Positions 28,665-38,729 of a stretch of 64,000 nucleotides of DNA are shown here, piece by piece (the first letter of the stretch is position 1; the number at the start of each line of letters is the position of its first letter). The position numbers and the translations under genes are program-made. The notes below the pieces were generated by a model. It did not search any database. It saw nothing but the letters and a program-made list of their open reading frames with translations, and was not told the origin of the DNA. This DNA is from a virus (Duplodnaviria; Caudoviricetes): IMG/VR virus record IMGVR_UViG_3300031673_000017, positions 1 to 64,000 of that record; one strand, written 5' to 3'.

Positions 28665-29289
28665 TGAATGTTACATCCTTTAATAAATATAAGTTGCATG
28701 ATTTAATTATATCGTGATTCCATGTCCACGCATTATGAGAATTATAAATACTTCTACATCTCATATAGAATGCTTCATCTAAATTCTTAAGCCCTAACCA
28801 CTTCTTATAAAATGCTTCTTCTATAACATCTGGAATAGTTTTGTGTGACCTATGATTGCTTTCTTCACAAATATCAGTTATTAGTAAATTTTTTACACAA
28901 TCGTTTTGTGAGACTATTTCAAATAACAACCTATGACTACCGTGGCCATACTCTCCACAAGGATTATGGGTTAAAATAAAATCAGGATTAATGTTTATTA
29001 CATCTTTTTCTATTTGAGTGTTTATATTACTAACAGCGTCGGTTAAAAGATAATTTGCCCTTCTTGTTGGTAAAGCGTAAAAATTATTGTCTTCTGATAG
29101 ACAGCTAACAAGATTTATATTTTCTTGTTTGCATACTTCCTGCAATGCAATCTTACGTCCTGGCCTACCTCTTGTTGAATCATCACAACAAATTATAAGG
29201 TGTTTTTCAAATTCATCGCTTTGAAAAATTGGCCATCCAAAAAGAACTTCGTCATCTGGATGGCAAAATATTCCTAATACTTTTTTCAT
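28654..29289 (-). CDS. PIG-L family deacetylase
   Basis: FCHPDDEVLFG...ILTHNPCGEYGHGSHR. Confidence 0.85.
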   Translation of the reverse strand: MKKVLGIFCHPDDEVLFGWPIFQSDEFEKHLIICCDDSTRGRPGRKIALQEVCKQENINLVSCLSEDNNFYALPTRRANYLLTDAVSNINTQIEKDVININPDFILTHNPCGEYGHGSHRLLFEIVSQNDCVKNLLITDICEESNHRSHKTIPDVIEEAFYKKWLGLKNLDEAFYMRCRSIYNSHNAWTWNHDIIKSCNLYLLKDVTFNES

Positions 29290-29290
29290 T

Positions 29291-29896
29291 TTATTTCCTA
29301 ATTAGGATTAGCAAATTAGCTTGACGGTTTTTGAAAAACAATTTATCAGACACTGATAAGATTTGTCCATCAGTAAACTTTTTGAACCCGTATTCACGCA
29401 TTCCAAAACATAGTATTGTTCCTTGCCTAATAATAGGCAACAACTTATCGATATAAAAACTAATTGGCCAATGAAAACCAATAGCATAGAAACTATATAC
29501 ACAATCAAAAATTGGCATTTGAGACAAGTCGTTCGATGCAGCATCAATACAAAATACTTTATCATTTTGAATTCCATTAGCAATACAATATTCTTTCGTT
29601 GCTGCTAATCTATTATAATAACCGCCGTCAGTTGACGAAGTCCCTGCAATTTGCTTATCCCCGCTATCACCGTCGAGCATGTAAAAATTCGTATTCTTCC
29701 AAGAAGGGTAATGTTTGAAAAACCCAACACTGACTCTGCCTATACCGCATCCAATTTCTAATATGTTCTTTGGATTTGTATTAGCCAAAAGTTTTTCGCA
29801 TATCTTAACTTCTTTTGGATTGTGATACTGCTCCTGCTTACCATTATATTGCAAGCCTACATACTTTAAACAGTTATTTGGTATTATTGCTTTCAT
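29291..29896 (-). CDS. Class I SAM-dependent methyltransferase
   Basis: ILEIGCGIGRVSV...FDCVYSFYAIGFHWP; start taken at MKAIIP just after the upstream stop. Confidence 0.8.
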   Translation of the reverse strand: MKAIIPNNCLKYVGLQYNGKQEQYHNPKEVKICEKLLANTNPKNILEIGCGIGRVSVGFFKHYPSWKNTNFYMLDGDSGDKQIAGTSSTDGGYYNRLAATKEYCIANGIQNDKVFCIDAASNDLSQMPIFDCVYSFYAIGFHWPISFYIDKLLPIIRQGTILCFGMREYGFKKFTDGQILSVSDKLFFKNRQANLLILIRK

Positions 29897-29897
29897 T

Positions 29898-30488
29898 CTA
29901 ATACCTTGTAAAAATAAAATACGAGCGAACACTTCCATCGTCTCGATTATCTTCTTTGTACCACATTAAATCTAATTCAAGCCACTCACATATTTGTTCT
30001 GGATTTATAATAACAGTATGCCCTCTTCTTGGACTCTTACGATGAACGTGTTGTAAAAATAATAGCCCATTCTTTTTTAATACTCGACATAACTCTTTAA
30101 TGCCCATATTAAAATGCTCTTCAGATAATGAATGGTCATACACTTCCCAAGCAAATATTACATCAATAAAGTTATCAGGAAATGATAGCGTTGCAAAATC
30201 ATTTTTTACTGCTAATACATGATTAGGGAGTTTACCCATCGCAGTAAATTCATTGCTTAATGAATCTACTAAAAATGAACACTCTGCTTTATTATACCAA
30301 TATAAAGCTCCACCTAATGCTCCACCACCAATGTCAATTGCTATTGTTGGTGCGTTACGTTTGAAATGATGCGAGCATACTTTATTGACATCAAAATAGT
30401 TGTATTTCTCCATTACATGTTCTAAATAAAAATTATCTGGATGTGCTGTCCAGTATTGTAATTCGAAATTTTTAGACCAATCGTTCAT
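29898..30488 (-). CDS. Class I SAM-dependent methyltransferase (type 11-like)
   Basis: AIDIGGGALGG...LSFPDNFIDVIFAWEVYDH...LCRVLKKNGLLFL. Confidence 0.82.
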   Translation of the reverse strand: MNDWSKNFELQYWTAHPDNFYLEHVMEKYNYFDVNKVCSHHFKRNAPTIAIDIGGGALGGALYWYNKAECSFLVDSLSNEFTAMGKLPNHVLAVKNDFATLSFPDNFIDVIFAWEVYDHSLSEEHFNMGIKELCRVLKKNGLLFLQHVHRKSPRRGHTVIINPEQICEWLELDLMWYKEDNRDDGSVRSYFIFTRY

Positions 30489-31188
30489 GATATTCCTTAA
30501 CTACTTGATGCCCACAATGTAAAACAATTGGCTTTTGATGCATATTATTTATGTCTTCAAGACAAACGCACCACGGATAAGGAAGCGGATATGGAACAAA
30601 GCCAGTCCTCTCTATAGTCTTCCATAAAAGCATTGGCATTCGCATAGGTGTTTGTTTTGAAATTTCACAATATATATCTATAAATTCTTTAACTCCAGAC
30701 TTACCCCAATTAATTTTGTTAACAAACATAATCGCACAATTCCAAGCAGTTGCTGAATAAAGTTCTGCGTTCCTTTCGTTTGCAGGGACATCAGAACCTA
30801 TCTTAGCATCTACACCAACAAAACATCTTGGATTAATTGGTAAACATAAGTTAAATCGATCAGCAAGTTCAAACCCTTCAAACACTCGCGAATCAACAAT
30901 TCGCATGTCATCGTCTAAGAAAAGAATTGATGAATAATTTACTAAGGTCAATCCATAAATTTGATAAAAGTTTTTGTTTCTATTCCCATATCGTGGATGT
31001 CCTATCCACATTGGCTCAACTTTTAAGAACTTAACATTATCATTGCCATACCTTAAGCTTTTATAGAAATCAGGAAAGTCACATAGAACTGAAATTGGAA
31101 GATCTGTAAATTTCCTAATATTACAGATAAGCCCATCAAGTTCTGCTACCCTATTATTAAAACAAGCTGTTACGATTCCTCTACTCAT
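30472..31188 (-). CDS. GT-A fold glycosyltransferase (GT8-like)
   Basis: NIRKFTDLPISV...ILFLDDDMRIV...WNCAIMFV...LPYPWC...IVLHCGH. Confidence 0.72.
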   Translation of the reverse strand: MSRGIVTACFNNRVAELDGLICNIRKFTDLPISVLCDFPDFYKSLRYGNDNVKFLKVEPMWIGHPRYGNRNKNFYQIYGLTLVNYSSILFLDDDMRIVDSRVFEGFELADRFNLCLPINPRCFVGVDAKIGSDVPANERNAELYSATAWNCAIMFVNKINWGKSGVKEFIDIYCEISKQTPMRMPMLLWKTIERTGFVPYPLPYPWCVCLEDINNMHQKPIVLHCGHQVVKEYHERLV

Positions 31189-31732
31189 ATTTATATACTC
31201 CAGTTATCTGTGCAGTAAATCCACTTGGGTCATCGTCGAATATACAATTCTTGTGTAAACTACCATAAAAATATTTAGCATGAAATGTTGAAAGAATTCT
31301 TTTTGCTTCCGCATATCTTATACGTTCAATATCGTCGAAAATAATAAACCCGTTTGGCTTAATATGTTTTATGGCTTCTCTTAAACATTCAACTCTATGC
31401 CGTCCATCGATAATTATTACGTCGAATTGATTATGCATAGTGCTGCATATACTTTTTACATAATCATCTATCGGGCAAATTTGTTTGAAGATTAAACGGA
31501 AGTTGTTACAATCAGCCATGTATCCCGAAGTAGTATCAAACCACTTTCGCTGATGCTCGACAGAGTAAATAAATTTTACCCTATACGCAAACCATTGCGT
31601 CGATGCTCCTGAACCCCATTCAAAAACAACCATATCTTTATTTAGAATCGACTCAATATACTCTTTTGCTCCTGGCATAAAGCATGGATTTTGTTTTTGA
31701 ATCATTTTATATTCCTTATAAAGAAGGCCCAC
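31181..31732 (-). CDS. Class I SAM-dependent methyltransferase
   Basis: VFEWGSGASTQWF...SVEH...FDVIIIDGRHRVECL...IKPNGFIIFDD. Confidence 0.85.
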   Translation of the reverse strand: MGLLYKEYKMIQKQNPCFMPGAKEYIESILNKDMVVFEWGSGASTQWFAYRVKFIYSVEHQRKWFDTTSGYMADCNNFRLIFKQICPIDDYVKSICSTMHNQFDVIIIDGRHRVECLREAIKHIKPNGFIIFDDIERIRYAEAKRILSTFHAKYFYGSLHKNCIFDDDPSGFTAQITGVYKYE

Positions 31733-31774
31733 CAGTGTTTCGCATTACCATAAATAAGAGGCGTGGTGGGCATG

Positions 31775-33235
31775 TTAGCCTAACATGCCATCTAAGAGCA
31801 ATTCTTTTAATCGTGACTTGAGATGTAATACTGCAACGCTTTTTTCGTTATAAGCAGCCATTAATAGCCTTTTGCCGATTGCAGTTCCAGGACCATCTGC
31901 ATGCGGACAATAATTATAATTAGGCCCCACATCGATAATCTTAACACCAAACTTATTTAGTATCTCGTCTTTACAAAACCAACAACAGCATAAAATATCT
32001 TGATCTATATACCAATCATTTCCTTCATGTTTAAATAACGCTTGCCACTCAACAAGTTCTTTCCATGTTCTGCTTAATACTTGACTTGTAAGAAAACTTA
32101 AAAAGCTTTTTACTTTGTCATTTACTCTGAACATCACCACTCCGCCGTTTATCGGATACTGATATTTATATGGCCTGGTTGTTACTGCTATGTCGAAGTC
32201 TTGTTCAAAAGCTGTAAATGGATCTTTAAGATAATATAAGTCAGCATCTGCTGAGATAACTTTTGAGCCATCTGGCAAGCTTTTAATAAACCTATATTGG
32301 CTGGTAACTTTAGAGCCCATTCTTCCAATGGTGACTTCTTCAGGTATAACATATTGTGTTAATACATTTAACCCATAATTTTTAACTTTGTCGCTAAATA
32401 CTATTTTATTACAACCTGATACTTCAGCTAATGTAGATAAACTTTTTGTCATTAACATATCATTAAAGCCATAATCAGTTATTAAGCAATATCTATCATC
32501 TGAATTGTTGCAAAACAAAAGTGGAAGAAACTTCTCTTTTAGAACTTGGTTTTTAAGTTCACGTAAATTTTTATTGCTGTGCGAAACATTATAAACTGTG
32601 TCGCCAGTAGTCGCTAATGGTGTAATCCAATTCATGTTCCTCGATACTGTTATAATTGGAACATTATTCTTTTTACATAGAATCGAAAACCATAAGTCTC
32701 GCATGTAAACTATAGGAAAATCTTGTAGCGTAGGCTTTATTGTCGATGAATGAAATGCAACTGTTCCACAAGCTGCTTGATCTACTTGTTCATCTTCAGA
32801 TACCCAACATGAGAAGCCATAAACATTACGACATTGAAAATAACTCTCGACTGGCTGTGATATATTTGCAGCATGAACAGTTACTACTGCTTTGCGATTA
32901 TACTTCTCAATGCATATTATTAACTTTTCAACATAATCTGCAGGATAATTTAAATCATCATCGAGTGTAAAATAATAACTACTTTGGCCGTTCGTCTTTT
33001 CGACCATATTTTCTGCGTCAACTAAATTCCAAATCGAATCGTGAGCATATTCATTTTCTGAATTAAGATGAGCGTGTATTTTACTTTTTTCTGAAATCCA
33101 ATCTGGGATTTCGTTATACCAATTTAATACAACATGGATTTTGTCGACTTGACCAATAATCGAGTCGATAGCCATTCTTAATTGTTGTTCGCGTTCTTTA
33201 ACTGTTGCAATAAACGCAATTACTTTATCCCTCAT
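31775..33235 (-). CDS. Two-domain glycosyltransferase (GT2-like plus nucleotide-diphospho-sugar transferase-like)
   Basis: N: LRMAIDSIIGQVDKIHVVLN...YFTLDDDLNYPADYV...WFSIL. C: ISADADLYYLKDPF...FDIAVTTR...INGGVVMF...DQDIL...YNY...VLHLKS. Confidence 0.82.
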   Translation of the reverse strand: MRDKVIAFIATVKEREQQLRMAIDSIIGQVDKIHVVLNWYNEIPDWISEKSKIHAHLNSENEYAHDSIWNLVDAENMVEKTNGQSSYYFTLDDDLNYPADYVEKLIICIEKYNRKAVVTVHAANISQPVESYFQCRNVYGFSCWVSEDEQVDQAACGTVAFHSSTIKPTLQDFPIVYMRDLWFSILCKKNNVPIITVSRNMNWITPLATTGDTVYNVSHSNKNLRELKNQVLKEKFLPLLFCNNSDDRYCLITDYGFNDMLMTKSLSTLAEVSGCNKIVFSDKVKNYGLNVLTQYVIPEEVTIGRMGSKVTSQYRFIKSLPDGSKVISADADLYYLKDPFTAFEQDFDIAVTTRPYKYQYPINGGVVMFRVNDKVKSFLSFLTSQVLSRTWKELVEWQALFKHEGNDWYIDQDILCCCWFCKDEILNKFGVKIIDVGPNYNYCPHADGPGTAIGKRLLMAAYNEKSVAVLHLKSRLKELLLDGMLG

Positions 33236-33385
33236 TTGGTTCGCCGCCTTTCGAAAGATTGTTAAATAAATTATAAAATTGCTGGGCTTTTGATAGCTTT
33301 AGTTATTTTTATAGCATTAGCCTTAACTGTCACTATCATTAGCCCATGTATTATATATTAAACCGCTTTAATAAAGTCCTCAGCT

Positions 33386-34057
33386 TTATATAGCTACTTT
33401 TACCACTGCCACTGCAGCTTGTGTATCAGTATCTTGTTTTGCGTTTAAAAATGTTTTTAGGGCTTTTAACATAGCTACTTCTTTATCATCAGACGTATTT
33501 TTGTACTCATCCATAAATACTTGAACGCCTTTTACAAGTTGTATGAATTGTTTATCTTTAACTGAAATCTCTTCTAATGTTTTGCCTGTTGCTGATGCTA
33601 AAGCTTTTTCCATTTCTGGGGGGGTTATATCGCCGGGGCGTTTACGCATTAAGCCCAACAACCCAGTAAGGCCACCAACTCCGAGTAATCCAAAACCCAT
33701 GGACGCTATTCCGTTTTCACCAAACCATACTTCTTCTCTTTGTTGTGCAGCAACATAATTATTCGCTACAATTTTCTTATGCGTGCTATATGATAGATCG
33801 TTCTTTTCAATCATATGCTGCAAGCTCTGCTGAATTATATTGTATGCTGAATCAACATCAGTCTTAAGTTTTTCAGCCCAGACCATATTTTGTTTCCACC
33901 ACCCTGTATAGTCATTTGCATCTGCTACTCCGGCATCAGCCACATACTTAACAGCATTTTGGTTAATTTCAGCATAAGTCACATAATGCGATAATGCAGC
34001 ACAACCAATACATAGCATAATAAATATTATTGATATTAATACTAATAAACGCTTCAT
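33386..34057 (-). CDS. Predicted lipoprotein / membrane protein
   Basis: MKRLLVLISIIFIMLCIG-C lipobox-like signal and an internal hydrophobic segment GIASMGFGLLGVGGLTGLLGLM. Confidence 0.55.
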   Translation of the reverse strand: MKRLLVLISIIFIMLCIGCAALSHYVTYAEINQNAVKYVADAGVADANDYTGWWKQNMVWAEKLKTDVDSAYNIIQQSLQHMIEKNDLSYSTHKKIVANNYVAAQQREEVWFGENGIASMGFGLLGVGGLTGLLGLMRKRPGDITPPEMEKALASATGKTLEEISVKDKQFIQLVKGVQVFMDEYKNTSDDKEVAMLKALKTFLNAKQDTDTQAAVAVVKVAI

Positions 34058-34184
34058 TTTGTTCTCCTCAATAAATAACAGTTAATATTATTACGCCAAT
34101 CATTATAAACCAGAAAATTATACCAACTAATCTATTTGCTGTTTTTTGGTTCATTTTAATTTCTTTCCGTTGGCCTCGTTCGAC

Positions 34185-36384
34185 TTAGACTATTCCAAGT
34201 GTTTGTAATTGCCCAAGAACCAATACTTCTTCTTGATTCTTTGAGATTATTTCCATGTCTAATACTTCAGAACTTTGCCACGCACCACCAAGTTCACAGA
34301 TTCCACAGCCATCACTAAGTTTAAGCATCGAATTTTCACTTCCACGTTTGAACTTAAAAACCCAACCTACTGGCACATCACATAATCTCATTGGAATAAC
34401 TTCTTTGTCTTTACTAATGTCAATGTTCATGATTTGTCTCCTCAATTTAATTTAGTTCGCCGTTTAGTTTATTTATTTAACATACTTGAGCATCTTTCGC
34501 AATTAGGTAAACCGTCTTTGAAAAATTCACAACCACCAGTACATCCTGCAGTTTCTATGGTTTCATCAGGTGCTGAGCCGTTTCTGCATATTTCTGAATC
34601 TTTAAGTATTCCAGCATATAAATCTGAATATTTAAACATTTTAATCGCTCTCTAATACACGCATGCCTTCGACAGTTTTGCCTTTGTTGGCTACTTTTAA
34701 TAGACTTTCAAGATGCTCTATTTCATCCTTTGCCAAAATTTCTGCTGCTTTTTGTGCGGCTTTCAATCTCTTAGGATTATTAAGAATAACGCTTGCTCTT
34801 ACTAATGCAAGTGCATCGCTTTCTGCTTCGTATTGTGCATCAGTTTTTTCAATTACTTGTGGCATTTTATTTCCTCTTATTATTAGGAATTAAACATAAA
34901 TTTTCTTGTCTAACAAATGAGCATTTAAAGATGAAAATTATTCGCGTTCCGGCACGATTAAATCATGGTTTCACGCTAACCTAATTCTCATCACTTAAAG
35001 CTCGTCGTTCTTGTATCGTTAATTGGTTAAAATGTTTTCTTGGATTTCCACAACAATTATTTGAACAACAACACGGAGTTGCTATAACCATTCCTGATTG
35101 TCTTGGAGTATGTTTAATCTCATGACCAAACCAATAGAGTTTTCTGGTCTTCTGCAATCTTCTATAATGATGTCTCCGCGTTGCTGAGTTCATTTTACTT
35201 ATTCTTTTCAAAACACTCTTCACAACAACATCCTATTGAGTGATTGTTATGATTTTTTGGTTGTTTATCTTCAGGCCATGGTATTACTTGTGCTATACAT
35301 GGATCTTTTATAGATTCTATCGCAGCTATTTCTTCCTGCTTTATTTGAATTTCTTTTTCAACAATTAATGGGTTTAAAATAAATCCAGTTATTTTCCAAG
35401 ATCCTTCATTCTCTACATGCTTAAAACTTAGTTCTAACTTTGTCAATATTTCAATCTGAACTCCACTTTTCAAAGTGAATATGTTTTTATAATAATGCGT
35501 TAATTCTTGTTTTGATTCTAAATCTTGTTCTGGCATCGCTTTGTCCCCACCATTATTTTACAATTTAGCAAACATCTACTAATATCTTTACAATAAAACA
35601 CAATGCTAAAAGAAATATTAGAAAATCTAAATTTCCAAAGCCATATATTGGATCATCTAAGACTTCTAATATTTTTAACCACTTTCTCATTTAATTCCAC
35701 TCTTACACATCACAGCGTTTGAACTGTTGTACTTGTTTGTAGTTTCATAATGCAGTTTTTCTTTATTGCGTCTATATCTTGACTAATGGTTTTGTTCTGT
35801 TTATTTTACAAGTTTTATCCATGATTTAGGTATATTGAGTGTGCCCATAATATCTTGTTTACCATATCCTTGAGTATGAGACACGATTACAAAGTCATCT
35901 TTAACACCAACGAATAATGCATTGGTTCTACACCTTGATTTGTCTGCCAATTCCATAGCAGCATCAATAGTCGTCCAACTGTCTTCAGTAAAGGCATCAA
36001 TCCATTCGATATATATCTTGTCTCCAAGTTTTTTACTTCTTAGGCGTCTGCTGCTGTTTACATCCACCGCTCTAATTCCGTTATTAACGCATCATCTGTT
36101 ATCTTAACTACTTTACCAGTATAATGGCCAGATGATATTTCTTTACTATCTTCCATTGTGTCTGGAAACGTAGATGGGTCAAAATCTTCTTCTGTTGACT
36201 TATTCATATACATAGCAGCATTAAGTTGCGTCATATTTCTATTTGCCCGATGCTCAGATGCAAAGCGAATATGCTTTTGTAATTTTACTTTATCTGCCCG
36301 CTGCTTTTTATTTCTTTGTTTCTTAGATGCTTTCAATTTTTTGAACTCCTCGTCTCTCGGCTCGTGTCGCCTTGTCCGTCCCAT
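34185..36384 (-). other. Run of short hypothetical genes (34185-34445, 34641-34865, 34981-35223, 35195-35536, 35801-36067, 36058-36384, plus smaller ORFs)
   Basis: Tightly packed minus-strand ORFs, often with SD-like sites; no family recognised with confidence. Confidence 0.6.
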
Positions 36385-36402
36385 GTTAAAGTCCTGCCTT
36401 TA

Positions 36403-37950
36403 CTATATCATAATACTTTCACTTGATAGCGTTTCCGCTTCTGTTAAATTTTCGATGTTATCATCTTTTCTATGTTTATTTTCAATGTCTTGCGCTGATT
36501 CTCCTTTTCTTGGAAAATCGCGAAGTTTATGTTTTAATGCTGCTTGTGCTGCTTTCTTAAATTTTCTGTCGCCGTGGAAATAAATATATCTATGCTTTCT
36601 TGACGATTGTTCGAAATAAATTCTATCTCCATATTTAGCTTGTAACTTCTCCCTCATATTCTCCTGCCCTTTAAACTCTGCTAAAATAGTGAGTTCATGG
36701 GCATTCTCTCTTCCGCGTAATTTAAGAGCTTTATGCGTTGTGCTTAATCCTGTATAAACAAAATTCGTGGCTTGATAGACGCAGCCAACATGGTCTTGAG
36801 CCATGTCTGCAAAACTAACTATTATTTTATTCTTTGGAAGCATCTTTATACTTCGCCCAACTAATAAGCTCGCTTCGTTCTTTCTGTTATACTTTAAGCA
36901 TAACCTTGTTAGCTCTATGATGTTTGGCTCAAAAAGTACTCCTGCTATATTGACCCTCAATGGCATACTACTCGTTTCGCCGTATGTTACAACACCGCAT
37001 AATTCATCTTCGTAAAATAAACCGAATGGATAGCTCATCATCGGCATGCGTTTTGCATAATGAATATGCAATAAATACGGTTCACATTCTTGTCTCGTTA
37101 TTCTTTTAACGCAATACTTCTCAGATTGCATTGTACTTTCAAAATCGGGATGCCGGAATCGAACCGGCCCTTCCCCACTGGTGGTGGGGCGTTTCGCCCT
37201 TGAAACCTCTCCCGTATGTGGCAGAATTATATCGTCAAAATCTGCACTTGATATTGTCTCTGCTGACTCACAATTGGAAACATTATCTAATTTGCTAAAT
37301 TTATTCTCTAACTCTTTAATGCTATTTATTCCTTTAGGATAGTCTCGAATCTTATATGTCAATGCTAACATAATTCGTTTCTTAAATTTCCTATCACCAT
37401 GAAGATAAATGTATCTATGCTTCCTTGAATTATCTTCTCTAAATAAATCGTCTCCATACTTCTCACGAAGTTTATCAGTTCTGTTTGGAACGCCTCTAAA
37501 CTCATCCAATAATGTTATGTTATGTAAATGTTCTTTACCTCTTACTTTCCACACACTACCTTTTGTGCTTAAACCAGTGTATAAAAAGTTAGTTGCTTGA
37601 TAGACATATCCAACATGATCCTGCTCTGAATCAGCGTAGCTAACAATTAATTTATTTTTAGGTAAAAGTTTTATACTACGTCCGACGAGAATACTCGCTT
37701 CGTTTTTTCTATTATATTTCAAACAAAGACGATTTAATTCAATTACATATCGCTCATTTTCGTCCCCTGCTATAAATCTTCTGAGTGTTGAACTTGGTGG
37801 CGTTCCGTAAGTTACTACACCACACAACTCTTTGTCTTCACTTGTAAATAAGCCGAATGCCCATGTAATGCTCGGCCATCGATGTGCATAATGGATTCCT
37901 AATATGTACGTCTCGCATTCTTTTCTGGTTATTTGTTTAACAGTGTACAT
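36403..37950 (-). CDS. Mom-like DNA adenine-modification protein, two fused domains
   Basis: Two homologous halves: ITRKECETYILGIHYAHR...LCGVVTYG...IELNRLCL...NEASILVGRSIKLL...VSYADSEQDHVGYVYQATNFLYTG and ITRQECEPYLLHIHYAKR...IELTRLCL...VSFADMAQDHVGCVYQATNFVYTG. Confidence 0.85.
   Translation of the reverse strand: MYTVKQITRKECETYILGIHYAHRWPSITWAFGLFTSEDKELCGVVTYGTPPSSTLRRFIAGDENERYVIELNRLCLKYNRKNEASILVGRSIKLLPKNKLIVSYADSEQDHVGYVYQATNFLYTGLSTKGSVWKVRGKEHLHNITLLDEFRGVPNRTDKLREKYGDDLFREDNSRKHRYIYLHGDRKFKKRIMLALTYKIRDYPKGINSIKELENKFSKLDNVSNCESAETISSADFDDIILPHTGEVSRAKRPTTSGEGPVRFRHPDFESTMQSEKYCVKRITRQECEPYLLHIHYAKRMPMMSYPFGLFYEDELCGVVTYGETSSMPLRVNIAGVLFEPNIIELTRLCLKYNRKNEASLLVGRSIKMLPKNKIIVSFADMAQDHVGCVYQATNFVYTGLSTTHKALKLRGRENAHELTILAEFKGQENMREKLQAKYGDRIYFEQSSRKHRYIYFHGDRKFKKAAQAALKHKLRDFPRKGESAQDIENKHRKDDNIENLTEAETLSSESIMI
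37144..37215 (-). tRNA. tRNA-Gly-like cloverleaf (anticodon ACC), non-canonical, inside the Mom-Mom coding linker
   Basis: ACGGGAG-AG-GTTT-CAAGGGCG-AAAC-G-CCCCA-CCACCAG-TGGGG-AAGG-GCCGG-TTCGATT-CCGGC-ATCCCGA-T. D, anticodon and T stems pair fully; the acceptor has 5 of 7 pairs; no CCA is encoded. Confidence 0.7.
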
Positions 37951-38018
37951 AGCATCTCAGTTTATATTTGCACATGAAAGCTTACAAAAGCACGAGGTAT
38001 TGTGACAAAATTAAACCA

Positions 38019-38720
38019 TCAGATTAAAATATCGTTACTATTTAGTTGTTCTGCTACATCACAAACATTAAAATTATCGATGTTACTTTGAAGCAAGAAT
38101 CGTTTCTTCATCTTCTTATCGAGAATGTACAGAAATCTATACTGAAATTCTTTAGTAATATGTTTGATTCCTTTATAACGTTCTTTAATTATGCTCCACG
38201 TTCGACCACCCGTTTGATGGTAAATAGTAATTGGATGAATTCGCTCCCCATCGGGCATTATGTAAAAGTCAACGTTTACTTTTCCAATTTTAATTGCATT
38301 AGAGGCTTTGTAAATTGTACCGTAGTTCCCAACTGATCCGTCTGCATAAGTTATAACAAATTTAATTCTTTTATGAACTTGTCTAAGATATGACCTCAAT
38401 AAACTTATTACTTGTGTCTCTGAGAATTTTGGTAGCTCGTCGCTTAACCACATTCTATCGAATTCACAAAAGTTTCCTTTCATTATTAGACTCGAAATGG
38501 TATGCTTTTCTTTTGGTTTAATCCCATAGCCTAATTGTAAGAATCCTTTTCCATTATTTACTAAGAAACTTAAGAATCTATTCTTAGTTGCTTTATGTGA
38601 ATAATGATACTTAATAACAAGTTCATCGACTATTGTGCTTGGTGTTTCGATTATCCAATAACTGCCATTGCTAATTCCAATTGGCTTTTTGGTAATTGTT
38701 GAATAGATTAAAGATTTCAT
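38019..38720 (-). CDS. Mom-like protein (third, more divergent domain)
   Basis: VDELVIKYHYSHK...LQLGYG...CEFDRMWLSDELPKFSETQVIS...FVITYADGSVGNYGTIYKASN...QYRFLYIL. Confidence 0.78.
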   Translation of the reverse strand: MKSLIYSTITKKPIGISNGSYWIIETPSTIVDELVIKYHYSHKATKNRFLSFLVNNGKGFLQLGYGIKPKEKHTISSLIMKGNFCEFDRMWLSDELPKFSETQVISLLRSYLRQVHKRIKFVITYADGSVGNYGTIYKASNAIKIGKVNVDFYIMPDGERIHPITIYHQTGGRTWSIIKERYKGIKHITKEFQYRFLYILDKKMKKRFLLQSNIDNFNVCDVAEQLNSNDILI

Positions 38721-38729
38721 AGCATTATC

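Noticed and set aside
38001-38063. Second tRNA-like remnant between the single Mom gene and the Mom-Mom gene (TGTGATGTAGCAG...GGTTTAATTTTGTCACA)
   Set aside because: Only the ends pair (6 bp), it is 63 nt long and has no convincing anticodon or T arm. It may be a relic but cannot be supported by eye.
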